From: Octopus bimaculoides
Taxonomy: Eukaryota
Direction: 5' to 3'
Assembly: GCF_001194135.2 (NCBI RefSeq)
Contig: NC_068981.1
Coordinates: 152,772,627-152,836,292, forward strand
Length of the DNA: 63,666 bases
Shown: in pieces, positions 12,216-24,583 of the stretch
Layout: every line of letters begins with the position of its first letter
Position numbering within the stretch: position 1 is the stretch's first letter
The notes under the pieces: generated by a model
Told to the model about the DNA's origin: nothing
Seen by the model: only the letters and a program-made list of their open reading frames with translations
Database searches by the model: none
Program-made: the position numbers and the translations under genes

Positions 12216-13189
12216 AACAAGTACAAGATTTTGAGTTCGATTCCTAAGAGCAGGTTTCAAAATCAGTCACGTCAGTATAAACGTACTATTTATTATTCAC
12301 GCAATTGTATCAATGGCAAACTTTTGCCATTGATACAATCTGTTTTCTCTTTTAAAGGATATTTTTAGAGGATATTGCGGTCAAGGTGTGGACTACTATT
12401 TTGTAGATCATGACAAGACAGACGAACCACTGGAATTATCAAAATTCCCGTGGTCCACTTCTAAATTGAATTACGATCTGTATCAATTCTAAAAAAAAAA
12501 AAAAAGAAAAGGCTAGGGATGATCTCTGATTTAGTTGCATGAAAATGGAGAGCCAAAAAATCTCCAGTTATTCCCCATCAATGCCAAAGAGTTACGACAA
12601 CAAAACCACTTTCGTTGCTATTCTTTATACCGACCAGTAAAATCACACATTAATTATTAGTGTGATAAAACCAGTTGGTTCTTCTCTCAAGGAAAAGCGC
12701 GAAGAAGACGAACCATGACCGAAGAAGCAACAATAACAATAATTACTCTGAGACAAAACTGCGGCTTTTCCACTGACGAGCGGTAGTTGCTTATGAGTGA
12801 AGGATCTGTACAAAGCGAAACGCAGCTATCGGCAAAATTCAAACAAAATCCTCACCGTTTATATCAATAAACAACTTCATGAAAAACTGATTATGACTGT
12901 CTTTAACTTTGGACATTGAATCTGCTACTGTACTGTGTTGCAGGTACTATTCAGTAACAGATCGACGTATCAATGATCGTAACAAGAAAATATGACCGAA
13001 ATGGATCACTTCTCTCTAGAAATATCCGAGACATCAGTGAGTTGGAAACTAATAGATACTAGACAATGTGAGACTTGTCGATCGTCGGTTACATCTGGCA
13101 TGTTTCAGTGGGTTCTTTTTGAAATTATTGAAGAATTTTGGCATGTGTCGGCCAAAAAAAATCCCTTCTTTTTTAATTAAGACGGGAGA

Positions 13190-13450
13190 ATAGGTTGAAT
13201 AATGTTGATTTTCTATCTTAGGTAGAAACTGTAGGTTCTTCATGCGTTTTAAAATTCCTATGCCTTATCTAACACTTCCCACGATATGTTGGATGGTTCT
13301 TCTTTGTCAAACATTATCCATAAGCACTTTGAAAAAGCTGTCGTGTTTCCCTGGTGGGCTTGGCAGAACTAGCTATAGTGCTTGCGCAGGAGATACTTGA
13401 TATTTTTGCTGATCATTTTACGGAATTTATGGCATTCAGGAAATGTTTTT
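13190..13450 (-). mobile_element. Penelope-like GIY-YIG endonuclease C-terminal relic
   Basis: The minus strand translates HQGNTTAFSKCLWIMFDKEEPSNISWEVLDKA with stops, resembling the PLE NSTxLSKxxW...PxIxWxI..KA block. Confidence 0.5.
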
Positions 13451-14130
13451 TCATTAGGTAGAGGATATCTTTATCAACACATTTATCTATAATAGTGTTA
13501 TATGGCAGATTATATCATATAATGATTCTTTCCTAGAAGGTAGATGTTGTTGATATGTACTTTACTGTATTTTGGTGTCAACAACGTATTAATGATCCAC
13601 GGCAATGCTCTGCAACCACGTTGGAGGTGATTTCATCGAAACAAAATTTATATATTAGTTTGTTGATACCTACAGTTGCGGAAATGACAAAATATGAGCC
13701 AGAGAGAGCTGCAATGGTGCGATCTGACGTGAACCTTCCAATGAAAGAGACGAGGTACAGGTTGAGAACCACGGGGAGCAGTTTAGCCTAGAGTTTCACA
13801 TCCCAGACAAAGTCAAATGATTTGCAGATGTTAAGTAAAACGAAATTGATTTCACTAAATTCCTCAATGGGGGGGGGGGGGGTGCCCACAAGTGATGGTT
13901 ATATGTGAGAAGGTCTACAAGTCATCTAAATTTACATCAGTATTGGTGGTAATAAAGACGGAAGAAATTCAAGGTGTTGGATAAAGCGGTTGTCAATAAT
14001 TCTCATCATCATCTTTTGAGGTGTAGGAGATAGTTGACGAAATTGAAATGGCTGAGCGCCTTGAGAATAGAACACACTATAATGTGTTTTTAAAGAGCGG
14101 ATAGATCCAGGGAGAGAGAAATAGAGAGGG

Positions 14131-14174
<44 letters not shown>

Positions 14175-14334
14175 GGGTAGGCAGAAACAGAAAGAAACAG
14201 AGAAAGATTGAAGAGTTTGCTGGAGATGTGGACGAGATCGGGTATGTATTGTTTGACGCTAATGGATGGAACATTGTCAGCTCTGGTGGCCTTGTTGGAA
14301 TGAATCGACAAGAAGCGCTATCTCCCTTGCGTTT

Positions 14335-14575
14335 ATGGCCGACTGATTCACCAAACATCTAATGAATGTTCGGCTACGTTCGAACACCCCTGTCACCAGT
14401 CACTTCCGCTTGGCCAACCACTCCTCCTCTAACATCTCCGTCTTTGGGCTCGCTCGATCTGCACCACAGATCCACACACTCGCGAACCCACCTGGAACAG
14501 CGTTATATTTTTAATATACGAACAACTATCCCCTTCGGACTAAACACAACCTCCACCTCCTAAGGACTGTCTCTA
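14335..14575 (+). mobile_element. Penelope-like GIY-YIG endonuclease relic
   Basis: MAD*FTKHLMNVRLRSNTPVTSHFRLANHSSSNISVFGL, then after a frameshift LEQRYIFNIRTTIPFGLN. It aligns with the copy at 42243-42899. Confidence 0.8.
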
Positions 14576-14704
14576 CAACCTCCTGCATCAAAGCGACTTT
14601 ATTTCATTTTTTTTTGTTTTTTATTGCGCCAATTTATATTGTATTACCTTCTTCTTTATCCCCTATCAACCTTTTTTATTATAATTTATAATATTTTATT
14701 TTAT

Positions 14705-15900
14705 TTCTATATACACACATACACACACACACGTACATATACACACATACGAAAAAATACACGCACCCGTGTACATACATGAACGCACATATAATTCCCA
14801 GACATACCACACACATACAACACACATACAACACACATACATGCACATGCACACAAATACATTCGCACACACACATACACACACGCACACACACATATAC
14901 ATGCACACACACACACGCAGACAAACACACGCATACATAAATACACATACACCCACATACACCCACGCGCATACATATATACCTCACACACACCACACAC
15001 ACAACACGCGCACACACATAGCACACACATACATGCGCTCAAACACACATACACACGCACAGGAATACATGCATACCTAACCCACACAACCCCACGCATA
15101 CACAGACACACACACCTATATACACAAACACACGCACGCATAAACATACACGCACACGAGTGCACGCGCGCATACACGAAACAAAATGCACACATAACTC
15201 GACACACATCTCCACGTTCACACACACATATACACACGCACATATACACATACACACACATACACACACATGCACATACGCACATACACACATACGTACA
15301 CACATATACACACGCACACACATACATACATACACACACGCACATGTACACACGTATATCTCCCACACACACAACACACACTCATACAGACACGGACACA
15401 ATTACGCACACATGGACGTAAGCACACACGCATATACACGAACACACGCACATACACGCACACATGCACGGAAGCACATGCAGGAACACACACACAGGAA
15501 CGCACATATACTCTCACACAACCTCCACGCAACCCCACGCACACACGTACACACAGCCACATACACACAGACACACACATACACACATGCACTCGTACAC
15601 GCACGCCCGCCAGCACACACAACTTCACGCGCATACACACTCACACACAAAACGCACGCGCATACACGCGCAAAAAGCGCATATATACCTCCACACACAA
15701 CCCTTCGTTCACACACACTCATGCACACACACATACACACTCGCACACGCATGCACACACAGAAAATACACACATACATACATACATACACATGTACACA
15801 CTCATACACTCACACAAACACACGCCCACACACACAGGTACACACTGCACATAAAGCACACGCACACACAACATATACATACACGCACACGCACACATTC
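14705..15900. repeat. Long degenerate (CA)-rich low-complexity tract
   Basis: Direct reading; source of about a dozen H/T or C/V ORFs. Confidence 0.95.
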
Positions 15901-16179
15901 TTCAAACTACCAGTTAAACACCTTTCTACTGACCATTCTCCTACGCACATGTGATGGGAGACACACAAAAGACCTACCTAAAATTCTACTGTAAATTCTT
16001 CCTACAACATTAAGTGACACAAAGTCCACTCACACATACACATATAAACAGCCAAAACCACGCACACACACATACGCACATACACGTGCTATTATTACAC
16101 ACACAAATACACAAACACACACACATATACGGACCTGCGCGCACGCACATACCCACACATACACACACATATCTCCTTT

Positions 16180-16400
16180 TCTTGCACTTTTCTGTCTTAA
16201 AAAGAACTTTCTCTACACCCATTCCCTTCCGGTTATTTCAAAATGTAACCACGTGTGTATCGTTGACGATTTTCTTCCTCCGTCTCCCCTTCCTTTAGAC
16301 TTTCCTCTATTTTTGAAGAAGAGCAAGGCTCGAAACGTTAAATCCTCTTTTTCTTTCCTTTCCTGAGCGTCTGATAACACAATACTTGTATCACGTCCTC
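16180..16400 (+). mobile_element. Penelope-like element tail (pLTR-like) remnant
   Basis: CT-rich tract followed by ttgaagaagagcaaggctcgaaacgtt, similar to the tail after the GIY-YIG ORF at 43374-43398. Confidence 0.55.
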
Positions 16401-16775
16401 TCATTATTGTTTTTTTTTTGTTTTCCTTTGTTTGGATTCACTATACATACATATATATATATATATANNNNNNNNNNNNNNNNNNNNNNNNNNNNNNNNN
16501 NNNNNNNNNNNNNNNNNNNNNNNNNNNNNNNNNNNNNNNNNNNNNNNNNNNNNNNNNNNNNNNNNNNNNNNNNNNNNNNNNNNNNNNNNNNNNNNNNNNN
16601 NNNNNNNNNNNNNNNNNNNNNNNNNNNNNNNNNNNNNNNNNNNNNNNNNNNNNNNNNNNNNNNNNNNNNNNNNNNNNNNNNNNNNNNNNNNNNNNNNNNN
16701 NNNNNNNNNNNNNNNNNNNNNNNNNNNNNNNNNNNNNNNNNNNNNNNNNNNNNNNNNNNNNNNNNNNNNNNNNNN

Positions 16776-16975
16776 NCACACACACACACACACGCACACA
16801 CACATATATATCATTATATACTACGGGCTTCTTTCAGTTTCCGTCTATCCACACACGAGGCTTCGATCCTTCCGAGACTATAGTAGAAGACACTTGCCCA
16901 GGGTGCCACGCAGTGGGATTGAAGCCGGAATCTTGTGGTTGGGAAGCAAGCTTCTTACCACACAGCCACGCCTAT
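16776..16975 (-). mobile_element. SINE family B 5' half; its internal microsatellite falls in the N gap
   Basis: gggcttctttcagtttccgtcta...gaagcaagcttcttaccacacagccacgcct is the reverse complement of the family B head. Confidence 0.85.
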
Positions 16976-17005
16976 GCCTCTGTGTGTGTGTGTGTGTGCG
17001 TGTGT

Positions 17006-17037
<32 letters not shown>

Positions 17038-18821
17038 CTGTCTGTCTGTCTGCATGTATGTATGTATCTGTGTGTTTATATATACACACATGTGTGTGTA
17101 TATATAAACACAAGCAAATATATAAGTATGCAGTGTGTACAGATTATGATTATTTAATAACATTACCTGTTGGCATGATAAGCGGTTTCAGGAGTTACAA
17201 TTGCCACAAGGCATTTGGATTTTTCATCTCTCGAAGGGAGGATAATTTCAATAAATCAAATATTTATCATGTGAAGAGAGAGAAAGAAAAAGGAAGAAAG
17301 AGAGAGAGAAAGAAAAAGGAAGAAAGAGAGAGAGAAAGAAAGAAAGAGAGAGAATGATGGAGAAAATATAGAAAAACGGTACTTTTAATATTACTTTTAG
17401 TTTGAAGCAAAAAAGAAAACCTTCAACCTTCTTAATATTTGCTTTATTATTATTGCTGTTTTAGCTCACGTAAGCTATCAGCAGTGAAAGTCAGATGTTT
17501 GACATAACCAGCAGTCGTACCTCTAGCTGCTCATGAAATCTTCTTTCGAATTATTAACGTTTGTGTGGGCGATTGTAAAGTAAAAACGTTGAAGCCTGCA
17601 GTTACGTCATTTTGCAGTGAAGGCCGAAATTTGAGGAAATTGGTGAAAGTCAGCGTTAGAATGTTAGCAGAATGCCATTCAGTTCAATAGCAGTGAAGAG
17701 CGGAAAGTCTTAATTTTTCGAGAACTTGAACTTTCAGCAGAGGGTACAGAACCATGAAAATCAAATTTATCGACGTTCTGGTGTCTTTTATGCCATTTTA
17801 CGTTGTGAGTTCAAATCGTGCCTGTGGCTGACTTTTCCTTTTATAATTCAGATCTGATAAAAATGAGTACTAATCAATTATTGGGATTGATTAAATCGAT
17901 AACACAGCACTCCAAATATATAAACTTGTATTGATGTCGTTTCTGTAATGACGATGGTGGTACTGGTGGTGGTAGTTTACCTCTAAATCTCGCCTTCATT
18001 CGGCAAGCTAGGTTACTGGGGTCGAATATAGAAGCAGTCCTTTCGGCTGCAAGTTCCTATTGCCTGTAATACCTGTTAATTAAAGTTGAGGCATCAAAAA
18101 TGTCTTCTCTTCTTGTACCCCGAACCCTTGCTATGTCACAGTCCATTTGACCTATGATCAAAGACGTTCCAACCGTAACAAGTTTTTTGGGGTCTTTTTT
18201 TCTGCTTATTGCAGTGACTCTCAAGCATTTTTTTTTATCTAAGGACCCCTTTGATTATTATCTTATTCCGGTGGACCCCCATAGCCACTCGACATTTAAA
18301 AACTAGCTTTATAGAATCTTCTTTCAAAATTCCTATTTTGTTATTCACATATTAACTTGTGTATGTTGAACTATGTAAAAACATTAAAGAAAGAAACCTA
18401 GCTGTTTCCTGCAATAAGTCGAAAGCAAAATCTTTTCCTAAACTCTTAATATACTACTGTAGATCCCCAGTTTACTACTTTACAGGCGTGGATCCCCACC
18501 AAATCTTATATGAATCCCCTATGGTCATTTGGACTCATAGTTGAGATAAAATATCCAATCTCTCTCGACCTCCTTTTTTTAAGATGGTGGGGGTGTGATT
18601 TGAAGAAAATTTGATTGGTATTTCTTGTAGATTTAAGGACTACATTATGACTCACTCGCTTACACGTGTTCCAGTATGCGAAACTATTGCCGCCCGTGTA
18701 AACCCTTTATTAATTTCTGTATAAGGAATAAACCTTGAAAGAATCAGGAAATCTATGAAGAAAATGCATCTGTTCAGATTTTTAAAATATCTACAGAAGT
18801 GTTATTCTAGAATTTAAAATG

Positions 18822-18822
18822 T

Positions 18823-18877
<55 letters not shown>

Positions 18878-18905
18878 AAAGCAGCAGCAGCAGTTGTAGT
18901 AGTAG
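18822..18905. repeat. (GCA)n/(GTA)n trinucleotide microsatellite
   Basis: Direct reading. Confidence 0.95.
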
Positions 18906-18949
18906 TCGCCGTTGTTATTGCTATTGCTTCTGTCATCACCGTTGTTGTT

Positions 18950-19200
18950 GGTGATGTGGTATTATTTAGCTCCAGGGTAACCCTGACCGAGCAAACAGAT
19001 GATCAGACATTTGAGTCGTGACCGTCCTGTCTTTTCTCAGCAAGGCGTAGGTGTTACCTAGAACTAAATTTAATGCGTGTCTTTCAAATGTCTTTTTTTT
19101 TTTTTTTTTTTTTTTTTTAGTGTGGTAGAGAGACAGTGGTGATTTGTGAGAGATATAGCGCTACTATTTCGAGCAGATTGAGTGACCACCTAGTGGATTA
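18950..19200 (+). mobile_element. Unclassified interspersed repeat family
   Basis: ccagggtaaccctgaccgagcaaac...gtgaccgtcctgtc and gagagatatagcgctactatttcgagcagattgagtgaccac. Similar degenerate copies lie near 27085-27290, 49330-49490, 57890-58060 and 63395-63450. Confidence 0.55.
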
Positions 19201-19406
19201 TTCAGTGGCTTGTCCAGGTTCTTCGTAAACTTGCTTGCTTAAATGTAGTTTATTCCTACAGCATCACAATATTTACATGCATACATACATACTAACACAA
19301 CCACATACACAATCATATAAGCTAACACATACTCATAACATACATATAAATATACATACCTACATACATACAGTACATATATATATGTATATGTACGCAC
19401 ACGCAT

Positions 19407-19442
<36 letters not shown>

Positions 19443-20212
19443 ACACGTGTATCTAGTGTCCTATAGACGAGTGATTGAAGCAATTCTAAGAATCCACATG
19501 TCAACCACATAATGTAACTTATCATTTTATACTTTATTACTGGCTCATATCAGGCTTAAGTAAACTTTGTAAATAAAGATTCTTCGTCAGTATTGAAATC
19601 ACCGGTTAGCAGCTGGCTGGCTGGCATAAACTCAACTGTTTCTATATTTGAAAACTTTTACCATGTATACATTTGATATTCTCGTTAACATTATTGCGAT
19701 GCTGTTTCCTAGTAGAAGCTATTGTTATAACCACTGACTTAAGATGCCAGTAGTCATAAGCAGCATTGCTTTTTTCTACATGCTGACAAAACAAAGCAAC
19801 TGATAAGGTATTTTTTTTTTTACCTAAACTAATCAGCCACAACAAATGATTGTTCGATTAACTCAATGACATCGTCGAACATAGATTTTTCAGGTAAGTA
19901 ACATGGTTAATTTTACTAGTCTAAACAGAGCGATGCATGATGTTGATAGTAACATTTCTTTTTCTAGGAAAAGATGCTGCTACAAGTGGTCTGAGGCAGT
20001 CGATTATGGTTAGCGATACGAGATTAAATGTTAATGTACGTCCTCCTTGCTCTCTAGTCATTGAAGAATGATAAATTAAATAACAGTAATATTCTATTGA
20101 TGATCAAATCCATTTTATCTGTTCTCTTTATTCGATAGAAATTATTTATTTCAAATATGCTGTCATCATTTAACTCTGTTTTAAACACGCTATTTAGTTT
20201 TAATAAATTATC

Positions 20213-20390
20213 TCGTTTAGCGGCATTTCGTCAGTCTTTACGTTCTCAGTTCAAATTCCGCTGAGGCCGACTTTGCCTTTCATCCTTTCGGGGTCGATAA
20301 AATAAGTTCCGGTTGAGCACTGGAATCGATCTGATCGACTTACTCTCTCCTCGAACTTGCTGGCCTTGTGCCAAAATTTGACACCAATTT
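20213..20390 (+). mobile_element. SINE family A
   Basis: ttagcggcatttcgtcagtctttacgttctcagttcaaattccgctgagg...ggccttgtgcc. Confidence 0.85.
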
Positions 20391-20909
20391 ATAATTTCGC
20401 TTTCTCTATCAATACTGACTACGCCATATTTTTCTCATGAATTTTTTTAATTGACTTTATATATTCATAAAAGTAGACAAAGAGCAAATTAAAAAAAAGC
20501 AGAAAAGCAGTTGTTTATTACAACCAAAGGAATAACCAAGAAGACGGAAATGAAGTGAAATAAGCCAATTCTTTAATCACATTTTCTAATTATAAAAGAG
20601 TATAAATTCAAGTTTTAACATATCAATTTGAAATTCCTAGCAAATACAATACATACTGTTGCACTCCCAAACCTGGCTTTTCGCATTTATTTCAGAGAAT
20701 AAATATTGTAAATAAATTAATCTAAAATATTATATTTTTCCACTTACAATATCTTCTCATACGGTTTTCGGGCATTGTAATATTTATAGAATTTCGATCA
20801 ATACACAGTTGGAACATCTAGTATTGGAAAGTTCGAGTCCATTAGGACCCAATTGTTGTTCTATTTCTTTACATAGATTTTACATAGAACATAATTAATA
20901 AAAGTTAAT

Positions 20910-20915
20910 TTTATT
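20910..20915 (-). promoter_or_regulatory. Candidate polyadenylation signal of the - strand reflectin
   Basis: AATAAA on the minus strand, about 150 nt after the stop. Confidence 0.4.
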
Positions 20916-21066
20916 AATTTGAACACAGGAAATTTCAGTTGATATGGGACTGAATTCACTAACAATAAAACAATTCATTTTCAAAAACATAATATAATTA
21001 CGCTTCTTTCGATTCTCATTCAATTTCAACAGTGTAGCCAGTTAACTTTTCTTAAAATCTCGATGC

Positions 21067-22164
21067 TTAGAAGAAGTATTCATTCCAGTGGTCAAAGTGG
21101 TTCATGTAACGACCATTCATATCCATCCACTGACCTCCAAAATCCATTTGATAATTGGACATATCAAACCATCTATGGCCTCCAGAGAAGTAAGGACTGT
21201 AATTGAAGTAGTGGTACCTGCTGTGGTAATTATAGGGAGACATTGAATGGAATTCATAATCCATATCATACCATCTCTCTGGGTTATTGTAGAATCTTTG
21301 GCCCCAGCTGTAGCTATGATAAGGGTAGTAGTGGTGATATCTGCCATGATAGCTGTAGAAGGGTGTGCAATGACGGCTATACATATCCATCCAGCGGCCA
21401 TCAAAATCCATTTGATAGTTTGTCATATCAAAGTATCTCTCTGGGTAGTTGTAATATCTTTGGCCCCAGCTATAGTTATAATAAGGATAGTTATGGTAGT
21501 ATCTGCCATAGTTGGTGTAGAAAGGAGTTGAATGACGACCATACATATCCATCCAGCGGCCATACATGTCCATCTGATAGCCGGACATATCCATGAATCT
21601 CTCGGGATAGTGCATATAGTAGAAATTCATGTATGGATAATACATATAACGCCTGTAATAGTTGTAATAAGGGTTGCACTGACGTCCATATCTGTCCATG
21701 TATCGGCCATACATGTCCATTTGATAGTGGGACATGTCCATGAATCTCTCAGGATAGAACCAGTTACGACCATAGCGGTAGCCAGGGTAGTGGCCATGTC
21801 TTGAAGAGTTGAACATATACCAGTAGGGACTGGAGTGGTGTCCGTGCATGTCCATCCATCTTCCATACATGTCCATCTGATAACTGGACATATCCATAAA
21901 CCTCTCTGGGAAGTCCATGAAATTACCATATCTATGGAACCTATCGTTATCATAGAAACCGTAATAGTTGTACATAGATTTACCATAGTATCTATCATTG
22001 TCAGAATATCTACCATAGAATTCATAGAATCTGGGATCTACCATTCTTCCATAAGAATCCATGTATCTGCCTTGAAAATCCATGGACATCACGCTCATTG
22101 GTTCCATGATTCCTCTGTATTTTCTGCCGAAATGATGACGGAATTTGTTCATAAGACGGTTCAT
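21067..22164 (-). CDS. Reflectin, 365 aa, uninterrupted coding region
   Basis: N-terminal motif MEPMSVMSMDFQGRYMDSYGRMVDP. Motifs PERFMDMSSYQMDMYGRWMD, PERFMDMSHYQ, PERFMDMSGYQ, PERYFDMTNYQMDFDGRWMD, truncated PERWYDMDY and WFDMSNYQMDFGGQWMD. Very Y/M/R/H/D/G-rich, no Ala. Confidence 0.98.
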   Translation of the reverse strand: MNRLMNKFRHHFGRKYRGIMEPMSVMSMDFQGRYMDSYGRMVDPRFYEFYGRYSDNDRYYGKSMYNYYGFYDNDRFHRYGNFMDFPERFMDMSSYQMDMYGRWMDMHGHHSSPYWYMFNSSRHGHYPGYRYGRNWFYPERFMDMSHYQMDMYGRYMDRYGRQCNPYYNYYRRYMYYPYMNFYYMHYPERFMDMSGYQMDMYGRWMDMYGRHSTPFYTNYGRYYHNYPYYNYSWGQRYYNYPERYFDMTNYQMDFDGRWMDMYSRHCTPFYSYHGRYHHYYPYHSYSWGQRFYNNPERWYDMDYEFHSMSPYNYHSRYHYFNYSPYFSGGHRWFDMSNYQMDFGGQWMDMNGRYMNHFDHWNEYFF

Positions 22165-22183
22165 TGTTGAAATACAGGTTTGA

Positions 22184-22200
22184 CTGAAATAAAGATAAAA
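22184..22200 (-). promoter_or_regulatory. Putative splice acceptor of a 5'-UTR intron of the - strand reflectin
   Basis: The minus strand reads ttttatctttatttcag, then 19 nt (tcaaacctgtatttcaaca), then ATG. Confidence 0.7.
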
Positions 22201-23516
22201 TATTGCTTAATAATGATTAAATATGAAGGAAAAGAAAAGCAAAGAAAACAAATTTATAAACAAGAGTAAAACAAGTGTTATTCATGTCATTCTGAGAAGT
22301 AAGAGCTACACTCAAGAATTAAATTCGTATCGTAGATTTCCTTCCTTACTATTTGTGGTGTTCATCATATAATGGTGGGAGCAACCCAAGTTTTCCTGCG
22401 ATTGCCGTCGTTGTTTAGTTCCGGGTTAGCCAAGTTGAAGTAGGCATATGGTCAAAAACATTCCAGATGTTAAAGCTTCATCTTTTTAGGGGTATCTAGA
22501 ATTATAATGAATCCTTTCTGTCCGATACGGTAAGGTATAATATACGGTCACTGTTATTGCAATTTATTGCTAGACAAGAACTACATGTGACTATCGTTAG
22601 CTAGCGACATCAGTATCATAGAAAAATGTGAAATTGTGAATTACGCATCTTTTCCAAAGATGTAAGCTACGTAAGAAAAATGAACATTGTAATATGCAAA
22701 TTCGGCACACCATAAATTAAATACCAATAAACTCCAAACATTCAATTAATTACATCTTCCAAATTATTATTTCCTCAAAATATCAGACTAGTTGCATAAG
22801 AAGTAATAAAAACCAAACTAATTAAATGTATAAATGAGAAGATAAAGTAAATAAAATTGCTATGAAATTAGCAAGAAGATCAGTGAGAATTACGTTTAAC
22901 AAACATTTACAATCATTATATATTATTTTAGTTTTACATGAATTAGTCAGAAGAGAAATAGCCGTAGCCATGGCTTCTTAAAGGTCTCCAAGATTGTAGG
23001 AGGCAGGGTGAAAGTTATGAATGACTGCATCAGAGCAGACTCATCTAGTGGCACTTAAGAGTCAAGCAATGATGTTAAAGCTAGTGGTGGATAAAGTCTA
23101 CGACCCATGGCACAGTAATGACCACGTTAGCGTAGCTAGGGAGACGAGGAAAATGGTTCGCCCCGAGTAACGCTTTTATGTGGGCAGCAGTTTTGGGTCT
23201 GCTGTATGAACCTCTATAGGCTGTATCAACCCGTGAGTGGGTGCAAAATCAAGGGCTATCCCTAGTGGCACATTCTAGCTACGATACTGGGTGGCCATCG
23301 ATTATATCCCTTATTTAAATATGAGGCTTCGTGCCTATATTAGAAATCACTATATTGAGGGTGGAAAAATGACAAAAAGTAATAAAATGCTGGACTAAAT
23401 AACAGAAACGGCAAACCGCTGGTCTAAATAACTGGCGCCTTTTGTTTCATGTCTTTACTTTCTAAGTTCAAATCTCTCCGATATCAATTTTTAATTCTAT
23501 TCGTCTGTGACTGAGT

Positions 23517-23838
23517 GAAGACGCGTGGCTAAGCGGTAAGGGTATTCGGCTTACGATCCTAAGATAGTGAATTCGATTACTGGTGGCGCTTTGTGTCTTT
23601 GAGCAAGACACTTTATTTCCCGTTGATCCAGTCCACTTAGCTGGTAAAAGTGAGTAGTACCTGTATTTCAAAAAACCACGCTGAATCTGAATGGGTCACA
23701 CTAAATCTCTCCGGAAACTACGTTAAGGGTACGTGTATTTGTGGAGTGCTCAGTCTCTTGCACGTTAATTTCACGACCAGGTTATTCTGTTGATCGAATC
23801 GACTGGAACCCTCGTCCGCGTAACTGACGGAGTCCCAG
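23517..23838 (+). mobile_element. SINE family C, near full length
   Basis: gcgtggctaagcggtaagggtattcggcttacgatcctaagatagtgaattcgatt head; ctttgagcaagacactttatttcccgttgatccagtccac body; taactgacggagtccc end. Confidence 0.85.
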
Positions 23839-24465
23839 TTTTCTGTCATTGATAGCATAAACAACCACAGAAAAATAGAAGGTGAATTAACCTCAGACGA
23901 GCGAAAATAAATACCGTCTATGTCACTCCAGCACCTTAGATATTTGGAGTGTATAATGAACGGTGTAAAGGTGATGAATGACAGAATATACTTGAATAAC
24001 GAATAGAATGTATAGCAGTATTAAGTTTCTATGCATTCTGATTTCAAAACGCTGCAAAATCAGATTTGCATTTCATTCGTCTGTGGTCTATAAAATTATT
24101 ATTCGAAATATAAAAGTCTAGTCTATATAATTAAATGTTCTACACGTCAAAATTTATAGACTTGTACCAAACTAGAAATCAATATATTTATGAGAAATTT
24201 AAGAAATCGTAGAAATTCTAACGTAAATGATCATTAAAAACGAGAAATTAATACAGCAGCAAAATGGATATATTAAAAAAAAAAATACTCATCTTTGAAT
24301 ATAAATAGAGAAATTAATTTTCTTTCAGATTTTATCTTTGCTACAGTGAGATACATTTTTATATTTACATGAACTTTGTCAAACTACTGACAGAGTTAAG
24401 CAAAACTAGATATACTAAAACAGCATTTAGGTATCAATACATGTATATGGAAGCGAGCGTGTATG

Positions 24466-24497
<32 letters not shown>

Positions 24498-24516
24498 CAT
24501 ACATACATACATTCAT

Positions 24517-24583
<67 letters not shown>

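Noticed and set aside
12750-12830. CTGACGAG...CGAAAC with complementary ctgcg/cgcag flanks (type III hammerhead-like)
   Set aside because: U16.1 is G, stem I has only 7 nt and cannot form, and stem II has only 2 bp; most likely chance or a dead remnant.
14679-16298. Long H/T/Y and C/V/M ORFs up to 264 aa
   Set aside because: Translations of CA/TG low-complexity DNA.
21117-22170. Alternative-frame and antisense ORFs over the second reflectin
   Set aside because: Same shadow effect; fragmented by stops.
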